Part shown: piece after piece, positions 16,997-24,258 of the stretch
How positions within the stretch are numbered: position 1 is the first letter of the stretch
How the letters are laid out: the number at the start of each line of letters is the position of its first letter
IMG/VR virus record: IMGVR_UViG_3300038365_000070
Span: 1 to 24,305 of that record
DNA: 24,305 nt
Reading direction: 5' to 3' (one strand)
Source of the DNA: a virus
Taxonomy: Duplodnaviria > Caudoviricetes
Program-made: the position numbers and the translations under genes
Notes under the pieces: generated by a model
What the model was told of the DNA's origin: nothing
Databases searched by the model: none
What the model saw: only the letters and a program-made list of their open reading frames with translations

Positions 16997-18022
16997 CTAT
17001 GCATGCTGTTTTGACCATTCGTTATAGGTCATATCTTCCGGCACATAGTAGGTCTTGCCATCCTCCCCGCGTGCAGCACGCTGTCCTGATGTCTCAAAAT
17101 CAACAACCGGCGCTTTGCAACAGCGGCAGTTTGCATGAAACAGCGGTGCATTGACACCTGGTTCTTCTTCTGAAAGTGGGAACTGCTGACCGTCCATATC
17201 ACCACAGATAGGACAAGTATGGCTGTCCAGTGCAGCCACAATTTCATATTTTTTGACGCCCAACTCTTTGAAATTATCGCTTTGCGCCTGATTTGCAAAA
17301 TGCGCAGATTCAGTTTGTACCAGCGTCTGCGCCCTGTGTTCGGACACGCCAAAGCGGTCGGACAGGTGCTTTGTCAACTTGTCTGGCGGGTCGCCGCGGA
17401 TGATACCCTGCGTCAGCCCTGCATCCAGTTCCTGCACCAACTGTGCACGATTCTTCCAGATGTGTTTGCTGAAATCAGAACCATCCGCCGCCCATGGCTT
17501 TGCTAACACCTTTTCCACCTGTGTGGTGTTAATTTTTGCAAAAGGCGCACCATGGCCGACGCCTTTTTGCACTTCATAGGCTGTATGGAAATAGGTGTCC
17601 ATGTAAATTTTTTGAAGCAAGGTATGCATTCCATCTTCAAGACTTTCCGAAGCTTCATACGCATGTTGAAAGCACTGCAGTTTCAATGCTTCCAGCCGGC
17701 CGATATGTACTTTCGCACTGGCATTGACAAGCTGCTTTTTCCAGTCTGCGTCGATACCGTTTTCCTGCCCATGCTTGATGTACTCCTCAACTGTCCAGTG
17801 GAATTCCTCCAGTTCGTCTTTTTGCAGCATCCGGCGTGCCTGAAACATGGAAATGCCATTGTTATCAGCAAATTTAGCATACCAGCGTTCAATGTCCGCC
17901 TGCATGGAGCGCGCTGCTTTTTTATATGCTGCGGCAACGTCTACGCCATAGATATCCGCCTTGTGCATTTCTGCATCCATAAGAGCCGCCATGCGCTTGG
18001 CCCAATATTCAGCGTTTCGCAT
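16997..18022 (-). CDS. Minor capsid/head morphogenesis protein (SPP1 gp7/Mu gpF family)
   Basis: YW..R, PW..DG..FS..IW.N, A.LD..TC.IC..MDG..F, NAP.FH.NCRC and AR...GKTYYVP.DMTY.EW. Start at 18022 or 18028. Confidence 0.92.
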   Translation of the reverse strand: MRNAEYWAKRMAALMDAEMHKADIYGVDVAAAYKKAARSMQADIERWYAKFADNNGISMFQARRMLQKDELEEFHWTVEEYIKHGQENGIDADWKKQLVNASAKVHIGRLEALKLQCFQHAYEASESLEDGMHTLLQKIYMDTYFHTAYEVQKGVGHGAPFAKINTTQVEKVLAKPWAADGSDFSKHIWKNRAQLVQELDAGLTQGIIRGDPPDKLTKHLSDRFGVSEHRAQTLVQTESAHFANQAQSDNFKELGVKKYEIVAALDSHTCPICGDMDGQQFPLSEEEPGVNAPLFHANCRCCKAPVVDFETSGQRAARGEDGKTYYVPEDMTYNEWSKQHA

Positions 18023-18392
18023 TAGCATCCACCGCCCAGGCTTTCAAATTCTTCTGAAAGCTGTCAGCAACGGTGTCTACGAAACTATTAAACTCTATAT
18101 TGTTCACCGGTATGTAGGCTTTCACAAAATTATCAGGTTTACATATATGCATTTCGCCGTTTGCATCATGGATAACGTAATCTCCGATAGATACACGAGG
18201 GTAGCCTTCTGACGTCTTGACAAAAAGTTCGCCATCTGCATTAAGCAACATGTCAGACTTTTCCAAAGCCTTTAACGCCCACGGCGGAACACCAAGCCAA
18301 TTATCGGTTTTTGCGATTGTTTCTGTGTATTGAAATGCCTCAACCACAATGGGCCTTCTCCTGTATCTTAACGTGTGTTCTCCAAATGTCAT
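18009..18392 (-). CDS. Conserved phage protein of unknown function (PGDYG-like pattern)
   Basis: YRRRPIVVEAFQY...KTSEG...SIGDYVI....GE...CKPD.F...Y; RBS AGGAGG; ATGA overlap with the portal stop. Confidence 0.75.
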   Translation of the reverse strand: MTFGEHTLRYRRRPIVVEAFQYTETIAKTDNWLGVPPWALKALEKSDMLLNADGELFVKTSEGYPRVSIGDYVIHDANGEMHICKPDNFVKAYIPVNNIEFNSFVDTVADSFQKNLKAWAVDANAKR

Positions 18393-19873
18393 TTTTGCAT
18401 TTCCTCCTGTCCATTGTTGTCATGCTGTGAGAACGTCCCGTCACCATACATCTGCATGTCTTCCTGCTTTTGCTGTTTGAGTTCGGCCAGTTCCTTATCC
18501 ACGTTGTCGACAAACGGATGATGTGCCAAAATCGTGCGGTCAGAAACAATTCCCATGCTGTCCTTACATTGTGTAATCAGGTCTCCGTTGTTGGCCATCA
18601 TGCTTCGATTAAATGTAAATGTCACCGGCACATTTGAAAAATCCCCTTGTCCCGTATTGGCAAAGTGAGCATCAATATACCAGCGCAACTCCTCCAGTGC
18701 CGCTTGAAATTCTGTTTCCATAGCGTTTGCATCCAAATCAATATCGCTGTACATACTCTGGATATTCATCTCATTGGGATTGTTCGCCAAACGGTCATCT
18801 TTAGCATCATATCCGCCAGCATTTTCAATCAAAGCCATTTTAAATATTTTCAGGATTGCTGTGTAATTTTCAGCATTGACTTCCACGGAAATAGATTTTA
18901 GATCTCCACCGGGTTCTTCTTTTTCGTTAACCACACTTACAGCACCATACGTTGCTAGATTCTCTCGAAATTCGCCCAGATCTTGTCCGGCGTAATTGAC
19001 TAAAACCATGATAGAATTACGGGGGTCCTCCAGCATACGGTCTGCAAAAGCGCTTTCCATATAATTGATGCCATCCTGTAAAGACTTTACTTTGCGAATG
19101 AGAGGAATTTCATCCGAATTGTACTTCCACGCAATCAGCGGGACTTTATTCCATATCAGCGCGTTCCCATTCTCGTCGATTGCATACGGACGATACGCCG
19201 GCTTTTCTGGAATCAGAATACCATGCTGATAGGTAAAATAATAAATACCGGTGTTGGTGTATGCTTCAACATGTTTGATAACCTCGGAAATCCGTTTGGA
19301 AGTGTAAGTCATAATCCCATACATATGTACAGCCGCATCGAGTATGGTGTGCTCTTCATCTGCCCAAAAAGGCAAAATTGTGTGTGGTTCAAACCTGCGC
19401 AGTCTAAAATTTCCAAGCTGGTCGTAATATGGCATGAGCCAAGCTGTACCGCCATTCAGCGCGTCTGCCCCAATTTGCCGGAGCTGCCTTTGAAAAGAGG
19501 CTCCCAGAACTGTTTTGAGCAATGCAGAATACGTGTTATTTTCAGTCATAATCGTAAATGGCTTTCCCAGCAGATAGTTCACTTTCTGATTGACCATTTT
19601 AGCATACTGATTATCTATAATCTTTGTATTCGGCAAATTCTTGACCGGCTGGCGATGGCCGAACCGGCCAATAGCCATACGTTCTTTTTTCAGAATATCC
19701 TGCCTGCCTCGATAATAATTCTTTCCTGCCAACTGCATCTTCCGTTTCTTAGAACTTTCCCAATTCATAATTTCCTGGCATAAAAAATCCCGGTCGGTAA
19801 TGAAATCCAAAGCGCCGGATTCCATCATCCCGACTGGGAACATACTATTATTATCGGACAAAAAAGGCTGCAA
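18389..19873 (-). CDS. Portal protein, SPP1 gp6-like
   Basis: YY.G..DIL, NQKV.YLLGKP, W.KVPLI..KYN..E and MYSDIDLDAN..ETEF motifs; TTG start with RBS AAAGGAGGTG. Confidence 0.95.
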   Translation of the reverse strand: MQPFLSDNNSMFPVGMMESGALDFITDRDFLCQEIMNWESSKKRKMQLAGKNYYRGRQDILKKERMAIGRFGHRQPVKNLPNTKIIDNQYAKMVNQKVNYLLGKPFTIMTENNTYSALLKTVLGASFQRQLRQIGADALNGGTAWLMPYYDQLGNFRLRRFEPHTILPFWADEEHTILDAAVHMYGIMTYTSKRISEVIKHVEAYTNTGIYYFTYQHGILIPEKPAYRPYAIDENGNALIWNKVPLIAWKYNSDEIPLIRKVKSLQDGINYMESAFADRMLEDPRNSIMVLVNYAGQDLGEFRENLATYGAVSVVNEKEEPGGDLKSISVEVNAENYTAILKIFKMALIENAGGYDAKDDRLANNPNEMNIQSMYSDIDLDANAMETEFQAALEELRWYIDAHFANTGQGDFSNVPVTFTFNRSMMANNGDLITQCKDSMGIVSDRTILAHHPFVDNVDKELAELKQQKQEDMQMYGDGTFSQHDNNGQEEMQK

Positions 19874-19893
19874 TAGCTGTCACCTCCTTTTCT

Positions 19894-21120
19894 TCATACA
19901 AATTGAAATTTGGGCCTACGTAAAATTGTATTTACAAAATACCGGATGTCATCCATTGCATGGTCGTTTTCCTTAATAGGCTTGTCCTCCGCTTTTTTAT
20001 CGTCCCAGCGGTAGGACTTGAATTCTGTAATCGCACCGGAGCAGTTTTCACAAACTGCAATCTTGCCGTCATGAAACGCTGCGGCGGTGCGGCGAATGCC
20101 ATTTAACACGTCATTGTTCGCCGGCCGAACATAAAACCGGCCATGTCTGCGGATACAGGTAATAAAAGAAGCCGCAGACGGGTCAATCACGACTGCCTGA
20201 ATCTTACGGTCGCCCGCGAGGTGTTCCAACGCCGTATAATATTCTTCGTCTGTGCGCTGTTGCTGCGTGTCACGGCCACTGTAATAATATTCGTCACAGC
20301 GGTACCACACGTCCTGATACAGCCCCCACAGCCCCATGCTGCAAGGATTCAGCGTACCATAATCGCAGGATATGTAATACTGCACATAGTCCCGCGGCTT
20401 GCTCGGCACAATGCCCTTCCCATTTGCCTGCTCCGGGTAAATCAGGCCTTCGGCCATCACCCACTCACCCTTTATGTAACGGTCATAGAATACACCCGAA
20501 TACATAGTTTCATAGCGTTTACGGACTTCCGGTGCCAGCGTCAAGTTGTCGTCCATCGTGAAATGCAGATGCAGGGCATTCTTTTTCTGCGCCTGCTGCA
20601 CCCATTCCAGATAAAACCAATGCGCCGGGGATTCCGGGTTACAGTTAAACCAAAAGCGGCTGCCCGGAACGCTGCATCTGGCAAGAGCTTGCTCCACAAA
20701 GCTGCGTGGCATCAGTGCAACTTCATCAAAGAGTACGCCAGCAAGCGTCATGCCTTGAATCAGCATATAGGAACTTTCATCCCGCCCGCCAAACATGAAA
20801 TAACTATTCGTGTGTCCACCGGCCGAAATAATCAGCTTGTTTTCACTGCGCCGTTCCTCAACCTTGAACAAGCCTTCCAGCCAGTGCGACATTTGCAGGA
20901 TAACGTTGCGCCGCAGGGACTCAATCGTTTTGCCGCAGATGGCAAAATTTTGACCGCTGAACTGTGTCATGCTCCACATCACAAATCCAGCGGTCATGGA
21001 TAAAGTTTTCCCTGAACGGATGGAACCGTCACAAATCAGCGCATCATATCCGGCGTACTGCGGCAGCTGCCACCATTCTAATGTAATCAGCTGCTTTTGT
21101 CCGAATCGTCCGTACTGCAT
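19894..21120 (-). CDS. terL: Terminase large subunit, PBSX family
   Basis: Walker A GSIRSGKT, Walker B VLFDEVALM, NCNP motif, nuclease motifs DYGT.NP, DPSAASF and DHAMDDIRY. Confidence 0.96.
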   Translation of the reverse strand: MQYGRFGQKQLITLEWWQLPQYAGYDALICDGSIRSGKTLSMTAGFVMWSMTQFSGQNFAICGKTIESLRRNVILQMSHWLEGLFKVEERRSENKLIISAGGHTNSYFMFGGRDESSYMLIQGMTLAGVLFDEVALMPRSFVEQALARCSVPGSRFWFNCNPESPAHWFYLEWVQQAQKKNALHLHFTMDDNLTLAPEVRKRYETMYSGVFYDRYIKGEWVMAEGLIYPEQANGKGIVPSKPRDYVQYYISCDYGTLNPCSMGLWGLYQDVWYRCDEYYYSGRDTQQQRTDEEYYTALEHLAGDRKIQAVVIDPSAASFITCIRRHGRFYVRPANNDVLNGIRRTAAAFHDGKIAVCENCSGAITEFKSYRWDDKKAEDKPIKENDHAMDDIRYFVNTILRRPKFQFV

Positions 21121-21494
21121 TTTGCATCCACTTCCTTTGCACTTTTCCTAATCTGTTCAAGAAGATTGTTCTCTGCCTTGTCGGTCTGTGTATCCGCTGG
21201 ATGGTCGCGCCACTTATCCGGCCGGCGGTTTTTTAGCCAGAACACACACGCACCAACGTCACCGGATTTTGCCTTTTCACATAGGGCACTTTCCACTTCA
21301 TAATCAACAACTTCTTTGCCCTTTTTTAGGGCCTCACAAATCTTACCATACTTGTTTTTCCACTCATACAGCGTCTTTGCAGAAATTCCCAGGTTATGCG
21401 CAATCTGTTCATCCGTCAGGCCGTCTCTTGCCCAGCCTTGCAGCAATGTTAAACCTTCCGGCGTCAGCCATTTTTGATATTTTCCTTTTGCCAC
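21087..21494 (-). CDS. terS: Terminase small subunit (HTH)
   Basis: KYQKWLT.EGL..L.GWARDGLTDEQIA.N.GI...TLYEWK and FWLKNRRPDKWRD; overlaps the terL start. Confidence 0.88.
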   Translation of the reverse strand: MAKGKYQKWLTPEGLTLLQGWARDGLTDEQIAHNLGISAKTLYEWKNKYGKICEALKKGKEVVDYEVESALCEKAKSGDVGACVFWLKNRRPDKWRDHPADTQTDKAENNLLEQIRKSAKEVDAKCSTDDSDKSS

Positions 21495-21658
21495 TATGGA
21501 CCACCGCCCGGCGGCCGCCCGACGCGCATCAGGTTGTCCCGCAGCTTCCGCTGCAGTCGGTCAAGTTCTGCCTCGTCATTGTTGTCACGCCGTGGCTTTA
21601 CCAGTAGGTCAGCAATCTCTCTGTACAATTTTCGACGGTGTTCTACAACTGGGTCCAT
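21494..21658 (-). CDS. Small hypothetical protein (54 aa), first ORF of the late operon
   Basis: Not in the ORF track. RBS GAGGGAG, ATG 21658, MDPVVEHRRKLYREIADLLVKPRRDNNDEAELDRLQRKLRDNLMRVGRPPGGGP*. Its TAG overlaps the terS GTG (TAGTG). Confidence 0.72.
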   Translation of the reverse strand: MDPVVEHRRKLYREIADLLVKPRRDNNDEAELDRLQRKLRDNLMRVGRPPGGGP

Positions 21659-21676
21659 GGTATCAACTCCCTCAGA

Positions 21677-21708
21677 GTATAAAAATAGCAGTCTTTAACC
21701 AGACTGCT
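21677..21708 (-). terminator. Intrinsic terminator-like hairpin at the 3' end of the late leader
   Basis: Minus strand AGCAGTCT-GGTTAA-AGACTGCT followed by ATTTTTATAC. Confidence 0.65.
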
Positions 21709-22110
21709 GGATAATCAATGACAGGGCTTATGATTTCTCCGCCTGCCCGGATAGATATCACCTGCCGACACGGACTGACATTACAGTCTGTCAGTACAGG
21801 ATAATGCAGCCTCCGGCTCGGATGCCTAAGTCGTCACTGTGTGTCTGCTTTTTACCGCCCATAGCAGAAATTTGGGCGTCAATAGGGTGTGTCTTGTGCA
21901 TCCGTGCTGTGTTCTCGTACGCAGCAAAACTACTTCAAGTTTATGTTTTTGAGGAGAAAAATTAAAGTACCGGCTAAGCCTCACGCGGCCTTACCGGCAT
22001 AGGTGCCGCTCTGTCTCCCGACGGTACGGCGGAGTGTAAAAGTATCGATTGGAGGAAAATGCATGAACATGGAAGCACCTTTTACAAGGCTCCCTTGCTT
22101 CCGTTTTCCG
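21680..22110 (-). ncRNA. Candidate structured ncRNA / 5' leader of the late operon (~430 nt), family not recognised
   Basis: Bounded by an extended -10 promoter and a terminator, with no ORF of 60 aa or more inside it. Contains three GNRA-capped hairpins, an H-type pseudoknot within a 7-bp stem and further hairpins. Confidence 0.55.
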
Positions 22111-22117
22111 CAATTCT

Positions 22118-22128
22118 ATAGTACCACA
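22118..22128 (-). promoter_or_regulatory. Putative late promoter, extended -10 (TGTG-G-TACTAT) without a consensus -35
   Basis: TRTG-n-TAnnnT 70 bp downstream of the activator stop. The -35 position reads ACCACT, consistent with activator dependence. Confidence 0.6.
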
Positions 22129-22145
22129 CTTTGACGGTGGAGTGG

Positions 22146-22187
22146 TTAGGAGAAACTTTGAGTTACAAAGAAAAACTTAGAGAAATT
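22146..22187 (-). promoter_or_regulatory. Imperfect direct repeats upstream of the late promoter, possible activator-binding site
   Basis: Minus strand AATTTCTCTAA (22177-22187), AAGTTTTTCTT (22168-22178) and AAGTTTCTCCTAA (22146-22158). Confidence 0.4.
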
Positions 22188-22197
22188 GGGAGTGTTT

Positions 22198-22722
22198 TCA
22201 GCTGCTCCAGCTAAAGACCTCCTGTGGTGACAAATTGGATAGCTCTTTCAAAAGTGAATCTGCCTTTTGACTTACCCATCCAGCATCGCAGTATTCTGTA
22301 TCCGCAGCAATTTCCTTCCATGTTGGGCGGCGTCCGCTCCACTTTTCACGTTGCCGCCGGTCTTTAGGTCCCATGTAGGCAAGTTCTAAAATTCTCCGTT
22401 CTGCCCGCCCCAGTGTGCCCAGCGCTACCCGGCACCAGTCATGCTGCTCTTGCAAACGAACGATACGTTTTCGACACGCTGTAATCTGCCGGTCAAAGTA
22501 TGTACAGTTGTCCCGCATGGCGGTGTTGGCTGTCTGGTCACTGGTGCTGCCCTTGCCGGTCGGCATTCCGGACAGGTTGGGCGACTGCAAGGAAAACTTG
22601 CCGCGTTCCTCCTGACAATGCCGAATGGTCGCCCATTCTTCATCTATCATTTGAGGGATGTCATAATATCTCTGCAGCAGCCTTTTAATTTGTTCCGGCG
22701 TCATTGGTTCCATTGTAAACAT
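22198..22722 (-). CDS. ArpU/RinA-like late transcriptional activator; start may be ATG 22713
   Basis: SP.LSGMP.GKG...D.TA, AL..L...ERRILEL.Y and TWKEIA HTH; canonical position just upstream of the packaging genes. Confidence 0.8.
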   Translation of the reverse strand: MFTMEPMTPEQIKRLLQRYYDIPQMIDEEWATIRHCQEERGKFSLQSPNLSGMPTGKGSTSDQTANTAMRDNCTYFDRQITACRKRIVRLQEQHDWCRVALGTLGRAERRILELAYMGPKDRRQREKWSGRRPTWKEIAADTEYCDAGWVSQKADSLLKELSNLSPQEVFSWSS

Positions 22723-22733
22723 CCCTTTTCAAG

Positions 22734-22853
22734 TCATTTACGGTATATGTTCTTTAAAACATTTGACATTTTAAGCACTGACGACCAAAAAGTGAGTCTA
22801 AGTTTCGTGATAAAGATTTTACAGCGCTTTTTTACGAACAATTTTTTACTCAT
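22734..22853 (-). CDS. Possible small basic peptide (39 aa)
   Basis: RBS AGAGGAG, ATG 22853, MSKKLFVKKRCKIFITKLRLTFWSSVLKMSNVLKNIYRK*. Ends just before the activator RBS. Confidence 0.4.
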   Translation of the reverse strand: MSKKLFVKKRCKIFITKLRLTFWSSVLKMSNVLKNIYRK

Positions 22854-22882
22854 TTGTTTCTCCTCTGGTTTTGATGTATAAT
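22854..22882 (+). promoter_or_regulatory. Putative sigma-A promoter of the moron
   Basis: TTGTTT (22854-22859), 17-bp spacer, perfect TATAAT (22877-22882), then AGGAG RBS (22896-22900) and ATG 22910. Confidence 0.65.
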
Positions 22883-22909
22883 TGTTAAAATTTGTAGGAG
22901 ATGATGTAA

Positions 22910-23737
22910 ATGGATACTGAATTGGAACAAAATAAAAATGTTGACTTACAGCTGAAAGGTGCCCATGGAAATGCCGCATATAATTTGACTGACAAAGTAT
23001 CTCAAAATGTTGGTAACACTTTAGCAAACCTTTGGTATCTTGTTTTTGGTGGTATTTCAGAAAAAGCAGAAGAGAAGAAAATGCGATTAGGAATAAAGCT
23101 TCAACAATATCAAAGTGAATTGCAACAGGCCTATTCCAATGTTCCGGAAGAGAATCGTCAAGATGCCCCATTGCAAGTCGTTGGTCCTGCTCTTGAAAAG
23201 TCACGCTACTGTGTCGAATCAGATGAGATTCGAAAAATGTTTGTAAACTTGATTGCAAAATCTATGGATAAAACATATAACACCAAAGTACATCCTTCTT
23301 TCCCCGAAATCATTTCACAAATGTCTCCACTTGACGCACAAAATCTTAAGCTTATATATGAGGCTAAATATCAACTTCCTATTGCAAAATATCGATTTAA
23401 TCTTGTTAAAGAAGGTAGCCATAAGGATGTAAAACCGTTGGTCTTCCTTTCAAACCCTGAAGTACAAAGCGTTGATCTGCAAGCTTCCTCAATAACTGTA
23501 TTGTCTAGGCTTGGGCTATTAGAAGTCACATTCGATGAATATGTATCAGAATCCAACGCTTATGATGCTTTTCAAACCGATCCGCTGCTTCTAGCTTTTA
23601 AAAATATGGTTCCTACTGAGCCAGAATATGGTTATCAATCCCCAGAAGACGATGATAAAATAAAAGAGTGCATTATGATGAAGGGACTGGTTCGTATAAC
23701 ACCGATAGGAAAAGACTTTGCATCAGTTTGCATATAG
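22910..23737 (+). CDS. DUF4393/Abi-alpha-like protein (moron, candidate abortive-infection defence)
   Basis: GPALE.SRY......IR.MF.NLIA.SMD......VHPSF.EII.QMSP.DA..L, S...L.RLGL and C-terminal ITPIG..F..VC. AT-rich, opposite strand, own promoter. Confidence 0.82.
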   Translation: MDTELEQNKNVDLQLKGAHGNAAYNLTDKVSQNVGNTLANLWYLVFGGISEKAEEKKMRLGIKLQQYQSELQQAYSNVPEENRQDAPLQVVGPALEKSRYCVESDEIRKMFVNLIAKSMDKTYNTKVHPSFPEIISQMSPLDAQNLKLIYEAKYQLPIAKYRFNLVKEGSHKDVKPLVFLSNPEVQSVDLQASSITVLSRLGLLEVTFDEYVSESNAYDAFQTDPLLLAFKNMVPTEPEYGYQSPEDDDKIKECIMMKGLVRITPIGKDFASVCI

Positions 23738-23825
23738 CTACTTTGTTAATTGCATTTTACATTGTATTAAAAACACGTCTTGATTAGATAACGAGCAAAG
23801 TGTCGTAGTTTCTTTCCCATCACAA

Positions 23826-24254
23826 TCATAAATTTGAAATCCAGACTTCAACTTGTCCCGGCCCGTCTAAGTACCGCTTGCGCATCTGTGACTCTGTGAC
23901 TTGTTTATCATCTTCATAGGCCACACCGTTCAGCGCGTCACAGATGATTTTTCCGATGTTGTCCCAGTCTGGCTTCTTTGTGGGCAACTCTGTTCCGGCC
24001 AACATAGCCGCACGGCGTTTCTTACTGGTGCTTTTCGGTATCGGATACCCGGCAAAGATTTTAATGCGCAGCGCGCCTTGCAGGGGAACGAATGGCCGAA
24101 CTTTCAATGACTCCTGAAAGCGCAACCGCACCAGTTCTTCATAAGCAACCGTTTTGTCCGGCGTATAGGTCATGCTCATACCGTTTTTGGCACGGACAAC
24201 CTTTGGACGGGCTTTGCCGACCGGCGGACCGGGAACGGTGAAATAGATAGTCAC
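23826..24254 (-). CDS. rusA: RusA-family Holliday junction resolvase
   Basis: F.VPG.PVGKARP, YTP.KT..YE, PIPKS.SKK and KKPD.DNI.K.ICDALNGVAY.DD.QV. Likely start GTG 24254 after RBS AAAGGAG. Confidence 0.94.
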   Translation of the reverse strand: MTIYFTVPGPPVGKARPKVVRAKNGMSMTYTPDKTVAYEELVRLRFQESLKVRPFVPLQGALRIKIFAGYPIPKSTSKKRRAAMLAGTELPTKKPDWDNIGKIICDALNGVAYEDDKQVTESQMRKRYLDGPGQVEVWISNL

Positions 24255-24258
24255 TGGC

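Noticed and set aside
20143-21003. 286-aa + strand ORF
   Set aside because: It is wholly antisense to terL with no recognisable motifs; a shadow ORF.
21844-21878. tmRNA (the pseudoknot followed by GUAAAA resembles pk1)
   Set aside because: No tRNA-like 5' GGGG or 3' T-arm/CCA ends, and no tag reading frame ending in Ala-Ala.
21770-21900. Twister, hammerhead or pistol ribozyme (TAATGCAGC on +, CTGACAG on -)
   Set aside because: The remaining conserved core elements (twister L4 and GAG, hammerhead CUGANGA/GAAA, pistol P2/P3) could not be placed.
21670-22197. tRNA genes or a CRISPR mini-array in the long intergenic region
   Set aside because: No cloverleaf or T-loop GTTCRA motif, and no regularly spaced repeats.
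22734-23258. 174-aa minus-strand ORF
   Set aside because: It is mostly antisense to the DUF4393-like gene. Only the last 39 codons have an RBS and are kept as a tentative peptide.
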